Source: Selaginella moellendorffii
Lineage: Eukaryota > Plantae > Lycopodiophyta
Assembly: GCF_000143415.4 (NCBI RefSeq)
Contig: NW_003314262.1
Span: 2,363,046 to 2,427,045, forward strand
Direction: 5' to 3'
DNA length: 64,000 nt
The translations under genes and the position numbers were made by a program. Of the stretch, positions 59,562-64,000 are shown piece after piece; position 1 is the first letter of the stretch, and each line of letters begins with the position of its first letter. The notes under the pieces were generated by a model. That model did no database searches, was not told where the DNA came from, and saw only the letters and a program-made list of their open reading frames with translations.

Positions 59562-61333
59562 ATGGCGACAGCGAATGCTACTCCAGCGTCTGCTAATCTG
59601 GTAAGCACCATAGCTTCTCGAAACTTGGAAGATACTGATTTTTCTTTTTTCTTTCCCTCTTTGTGCCAAGGTCGGGAATGCATTCATCAATCAGTACTAC
59701 AACGTCCTACATCAATCTCCAGCGGTGGTTCATCGCTTCTACACCGATCAAAGCCAGCTTACGCGAGACTCTGGTGGCGCAGATGGTCCTGTGGAGACGG
59801 TCTCCACTCAACAGGTAAATTCTCGTGTTTTTTCTTTTTCTTGTGTGCTACTTGTTGATCTACTCTGCTCCAGGATATCCACGCGAAGATCATGTCGATG
59901 GATCTCACCGACTTTAAGGCCGAAATTAAGTCTGTGGTCTCTCAGAACTCTCTCGGAGGTGGAGTTCTTGTCATGGTGACTGGCTCCCTCTCGTGTAAGT
60001 CGACCGGGAAACGCAACTTTGTGCAGACGTTCTTCCTCGCTCCACAAGAGAAGGGATACTTTGTCCTGAACGACGTGCTGCGCTACGTTGACGAAGCACC
60101 AGCGGCGAAGACACTGCCATACAGCATGGCCAATGGGGTCGCCGAGTCCACAGTCTCCTCGATCCCAGAGCCAGGTCAGTGTCATTACGCTTTGAGATCA
60201 GTGACTGACTCGCGTGTCTCTCTCTGAATCAGACGAGCAGCTGGAAGGCGAAGGACTCGTGCCAGAGGAAACTTTCCAATCCGAAGAGTATGTGGTGCTG
60301 GAGAAGCCCGAGGACAAGGCACCCGATGAGCCTGAAGTAGAGGCTGTGGAGGAGCCCGCGGTGGTGGAGGTGGAGACGATCACCCAAGAGACAACTGTGA
60401 CTCAAACTCAACCTGAGGAGTTTCAAGAGCAGGTGAAGACGACTACGGTGAAGATGTCGTATGCTTCCATTCTCGCTCAGAGTAGGGCCGCTCAACCAAG
60501 GCCTGTGGCTCCGAGACCAGCGCCAGTGAGCGCCCCTCCGCAGCCTGCCACTGTGGTTCCTCCTCCGGCTGCCAGCACAGTAGAAGAGCCTCCCAGCGAC
60601 AAGGACAAGGAGGGTATGTTCTTCGTTTTTCTCTCTACTGTGTAATAACCATTGTTTGTCTCAGGTGTCTACATTTCCAACTTGCCTTTGAACGCTACCG
60701 AGCAAGAGATTGAATCCAAGTTTGAGAAGTTTGGACCAGTCAAGCCTGGCTCCGTTCAGGTCCGGTCTATGAAGGTAAACGTTCCTTTTCTTCGATCCAG
60801 CTCGCAGCGATGGTGACCATCTCTCTGCAGGCACAAGGATATTGCTTCGCTTTCCTGGATTTCGAAGACCAACTGTCCGCGTCCAGCGCTGTGGAGGTAA
60901 AGAAACGTTTAGAATTATGCTTTGCATCTTCTGATCCTTATCCCTTGCTTTTCGAAGGCATCCAATAGCATTGAGATTGGTGGCCGGTTTGTAAAGGTGG
61001 AGTACAAGAGGGCCCATGGTACGTCCTTAATGAGCATTTCTTCTGTCACTTCCTAACAAGCATTTCGTTTCTTTGCCAAAAGGCTCTGGTCGAGGACGTG
61101 GACGGGACTTCCGCGGTGAAGGACGAGGCTATGGTGATCGAGAGGGTGGAGCAAGGGGAGGCTACGGCGACCGTGAAAGAGGCGGCGGCTATGGCGATCG
61201 CGATGGTGGTGGTCGAGGATACAACCGACGAGTGGAGAGCACTGACGAGGCAGGCTTTCGCCGCTACGACTCTCAAAGATCAAACAGGCGTGGTGGTGGC
61301 AACAGAGGTGGTCGTAGCAACGCCGCGGAATAG
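59562..61333 (+). CDS. G3BP: G3BP-like protein (NTF2-RRM-RGG)
   Basis: VGNAFINQYYNVLHQSP...FVQTFFLAPQEKGYFVLND, acidic and Pro-rich linker, RRM (VYISNLP...FAFLDFED), RGG tail. Confidence 0.93.
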
Positions 61334-61562
61334 CATAGCGCAGTCCATAGCCTAGCATAGCTAGCGAGAGCTTCTTCTAACAGATTGAAAGGAAAGAAAG
61401 GTATTAATGGATGAAGAATTTTTGTGAGCTACTACTATTCGCAGAAACTTACATTGTATCTTCGTGTTCTTCACAGCTTATCAAAATCTCGAGAAGAAAG
61501 TGGTGTACGAAGTTCTCCACTGTGGTCTACGACCTTCCACGATGGATGATCTTCACAGTGGT

Positions 61563-63074
61563 CTACGAAGGCTCGGGAGCTTCCGCTTTCGTGCTTTGTC
61601 GAACAGTAGCAAGCTGAGATCTCACAAACTTGCCGTAGGCTTGGAGAGCTTCGTCCCCGCCGAGAAATCTCCTCGTGAACCTTTCCGACGAGAGCATGAT
61701 CATGTAAGGCTGCGAGAACTCCTTCCTGGCCAGGCCGCTCATGTAGAGCCAGTGCTGGAACGTCGTCCGCGGCACCACCTTTGCCTCCATGCTGAACGTG
61801 AGATACGACGAGAAGTGGCAAAGGCTGCTGAGCGGCTGCTTCATCACCCGGGTGTAGTACGCCAGCTTCTTGCTCAGGAGCTCGTCCCCGAGGTTGAAGA
61901 TGCTGGGCTTCTTGCGCAGCAGCAGCGAGCACTCGTCGCGCGACAATCCATGGCGGAGGAGGAGATTGAGCCGGCCTTCCATCGCCTGGCTGTTTCTCGT
62001 CAACACTCCCGAGTGCGCGGACAGGAGGTAGTCGAGATCGTCGCCTTTGAAGTCGAGGCTGGCCAGGAACTCGAGCTTCGGTTTCACTCCTCGCTCGATG
62101 TTGAGCCCGACCATGGATGGATTCTTCCGCAGCATCAGCCGGACCTTGCTCCTTTGCATGCCCAAGCTCACGAAGTAGTCCACTTTCCCGGAGATCACCT
62201 TGAGCTTGCTGGTGGAGAAGCGAGGGAAGATGGTGATCACCCGGCACGCCTGATCGCTGGAGAAGCCCAGCTCCTCGGTGAGATAGCCCACCACTGCGGT
62301 GAGACGCTCCGGGGTGACGGTGAGGATCTTTGGGAACTGGTAGATGATCTTGGTGATTTGCTCGCGGGAGAATCCCAAGCTCTCCATCGTCGTGATCCGG
62401 GGCTGGAGGTGTTTCTCCACGTCGTACTGGAGCACCATGGGAACGCACTGGACGACCTTGCAGAAGGCCTTCTCGCTGCCGGCCTGCTCGAGCAAGAAGT
62501 TCGTCGTCTCCTCGAGAGTTTCCTTGTCGCTGGGACGCATCTGGACGATCCACTTGCTGAGATCCACCTTGAATCGCTGGAAGGATAGCACCAGCGAGCA
62601 GAGGTTGGCGAGATTCTGCTGGAACTCGCTGGCATCCACTGCGAAGATCCAGCGCTTGTGCTGGCTCACAATCGTCGCCCAGATCTCCCTGTCCACGCGC
62701 AGCGCTGCCAGCGCCGCCGTGAGCTCCTGGAGGCGCTGCTCCACGTCCACGGCACTGCCGGCATTCGCGATTGGGCCCCAGAAGAGCATGCCCTTGAGAT
62801 CATCGCCCTGGTAGCCGATTCTTTCCAGCGCGTCCAATCGCCGTGCGGCCTGCTCGCCGCTAAGCGCTGAGAGCTTGCCCGCGGTTGCGATGGGGATTCC
62901 CCGCGCTTGCAAGGCTCTGCAAAGCTCTGGATCTGGCGCCGGCGATGGCGCTGCTGCTGCTGTTGCAGCTCCCAGTGACGATGATTTTTCCGCGCATTTC
63001 GCGAGCTGGCCTACCGTCGACGAGGATCGCTTCTTCGTTCTGGCCACGGACAAGACGATCCGGCGGATCACCAT
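61563..63074 (-). CDS. mTERF: mTERF family protein, organelle-targeted
   Basis: Intronless; repeated mTERF motifs (LQYDVEKHLQPRI, PKLEFLASL, YLTFSMEAKVVPR); basic N-terminal presequence. Confidence 0.92.
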   Translation of the reverse strand: MVIRRIVLSVARTKKRSSSTVGQLAKCAEKSSSLGAATAAAAPSPAPDPELCRALQARGIPIATAGKLSALSGEQAARRLDALERIGYQGDDLKGMLFWGPIANAGSAVDVEQRLQELTAALAALRVDREIWATIVSQHKRWIFAVDASEFQQNLANLCSLVLSFQRFKVDLSKWIVQMRPSDKETLEETTNFLLEQAGSEKAFCKVVQCVPMVLQYDVEKHLQPRITTMESLGFSREQITKIIYQFPKILTVTPERLTAVVGYLTEELGFSSDQACRVITIFPRFSTSKLKVISGKVDYFVSLGMQRSKVRLMLRKNPSMVGLNIERGVKPKLEFLASLDFKGDDLDYLLSAHSGVLTRNSQAMEGRLNLLLRHGLSRDECSLLLRKKPSIFNLGDELLSKKLAYYTRVMKQPLSSLCHFSSYLTFSMEAKVVPRTTFQHWLYMSGLARKEFSQPYMIMLSSERFTRRFLGGDEALQAYGKFVRSQLATVRQSTKAEAPEPS

Positions 63075-63086
63075 TCCATTCTTCAC

Positions 63087-63112
63087 AAACCCTAAATGTG
63101 AATTTAGGGTTT
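63087..63112. promoter_or_regulatory. Perfect inverted pair of telo-boxes upstream of mTERF
   Basis: AAACCCTAAAT-GTGA-ATTTAGGGTTT, 12 nt upstream of the ATG. Confidence 0.6.
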
Positions 63113-64000
63113 CGACTCCGCATGCATTTCATGGCAATTTTGATTAATTTTTCAGATTCCAAGGAAATCAATATACCAATTATACTCTCTACGTGATTGC
63201 ACAAAAAAATCTCTTGATGTAGCCAAGCACTAGAAGCTACAGGTTTATCATTCACTTGTTTGCATCCCTCCATTCACTAGGCATGATTGATCTTGTGGAC
63301 AGTCGATATATGAACTAAATGTCTTAGTAGACATTATCCATTACATGGGCATATTTTTTTTCCTGTTATATAAATAATAAAAAAAATTGTTAAAAATACA
63401 CTTGAGAGTATTTTTTTGCAATATTAACCATAATATTTGTGTGTTTTCATTTTTATCTTTACCATCTTGAAAAGTACTTGATGTTGCACTGTTGTATAAA
63501 AGTATATATCATTATACTGATTATTGCCCTTATTTCAGCCAAAAAACAAATATAAGGTAATTCACAGTCTAAAAACTTTCAATATGAAAAAAACTTTTAT
63601 GAAAGTTCATAATATTAAAATTTTCTAAGACAAACAAAAGGGCATTTTCTCCATTATATTTTTCTCTACCATTAAGTTAACTGTATTACTTGTGTGGTGT
63701 ATCAAATTAGTTCTAACATTTGAATCTTGACATATATGTAATAAATGTTTTCTTAATTATTAACTTGATCAACTAGTTTATATGCTTAGAGTGGGGGGAC
63801 TTGAGAAAATTCCCAAGTTCTCTTATGTTGTATATATGTAGTTGAGGCTTAGAATTCATGTGGGTTGACCAAGGAGCACCTTGGGCACCAATTTTAAGCC
63901 TGGAATCCTTCAAGACGAGCCTTGGCCATACATGTAGCAACCTAAAATAATTTTTTTAGGTTTGGCAGGAAATGAAGCAATAATACAATTAGCGTGCCTA

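Noticed and set aside
61464-62588. Long antisense and alternate-frame ORFs over mTERF (similarly over PUP and LPR)
   Set aside because: Expected shadows of high-GC3 coding sequence.

Overview
Eukaryotic plant nuclear DNA. The very short introns (about 45-60 nt), tightly packed genes and PLS-PPR style suggest a lycophyte such as Selaginella (inference). The left half (1-31.6 kb) is a nest of LTR retroelements around two genes (a divergent MLO and a purine permease). Chromovirus family 1 (2480-11609, minus strand, TSD TTTAT) has an integrase region interrupted by two canonical GT-AG introns. It sits inside a complete 162-bp-LTR TRIM (TSD CTTTT), which in turn sits in an older copy of itself. 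Chromovirus family 2 occurs as an inverted pair (18985-21097 minus, 21103-29979 plus) inside an older gypsy element and carries two Cassandra-type solo LTRs with a 5S rRNA domain. Each TRIM type matches the termini of one chromovirus family, which suggests two parasite-helper pairs. The right half is gene dense: sn-2 GPAT, a TARBP1/Trm3-like SpoU methyltransferase, a PLS-E PPR, an LPR1-like multicopper oxidase, three secreted kissper-repeat proteins lacking the kiwellin barrel domain, a plastid thioredoxin-like gene, ARPC1, an F-box gene, a plastid MinC_C-membrane-domain fusion, G3BP/NTF2 and an mTERF. Family assignments come from motif recognition by eye; no database searches were run.
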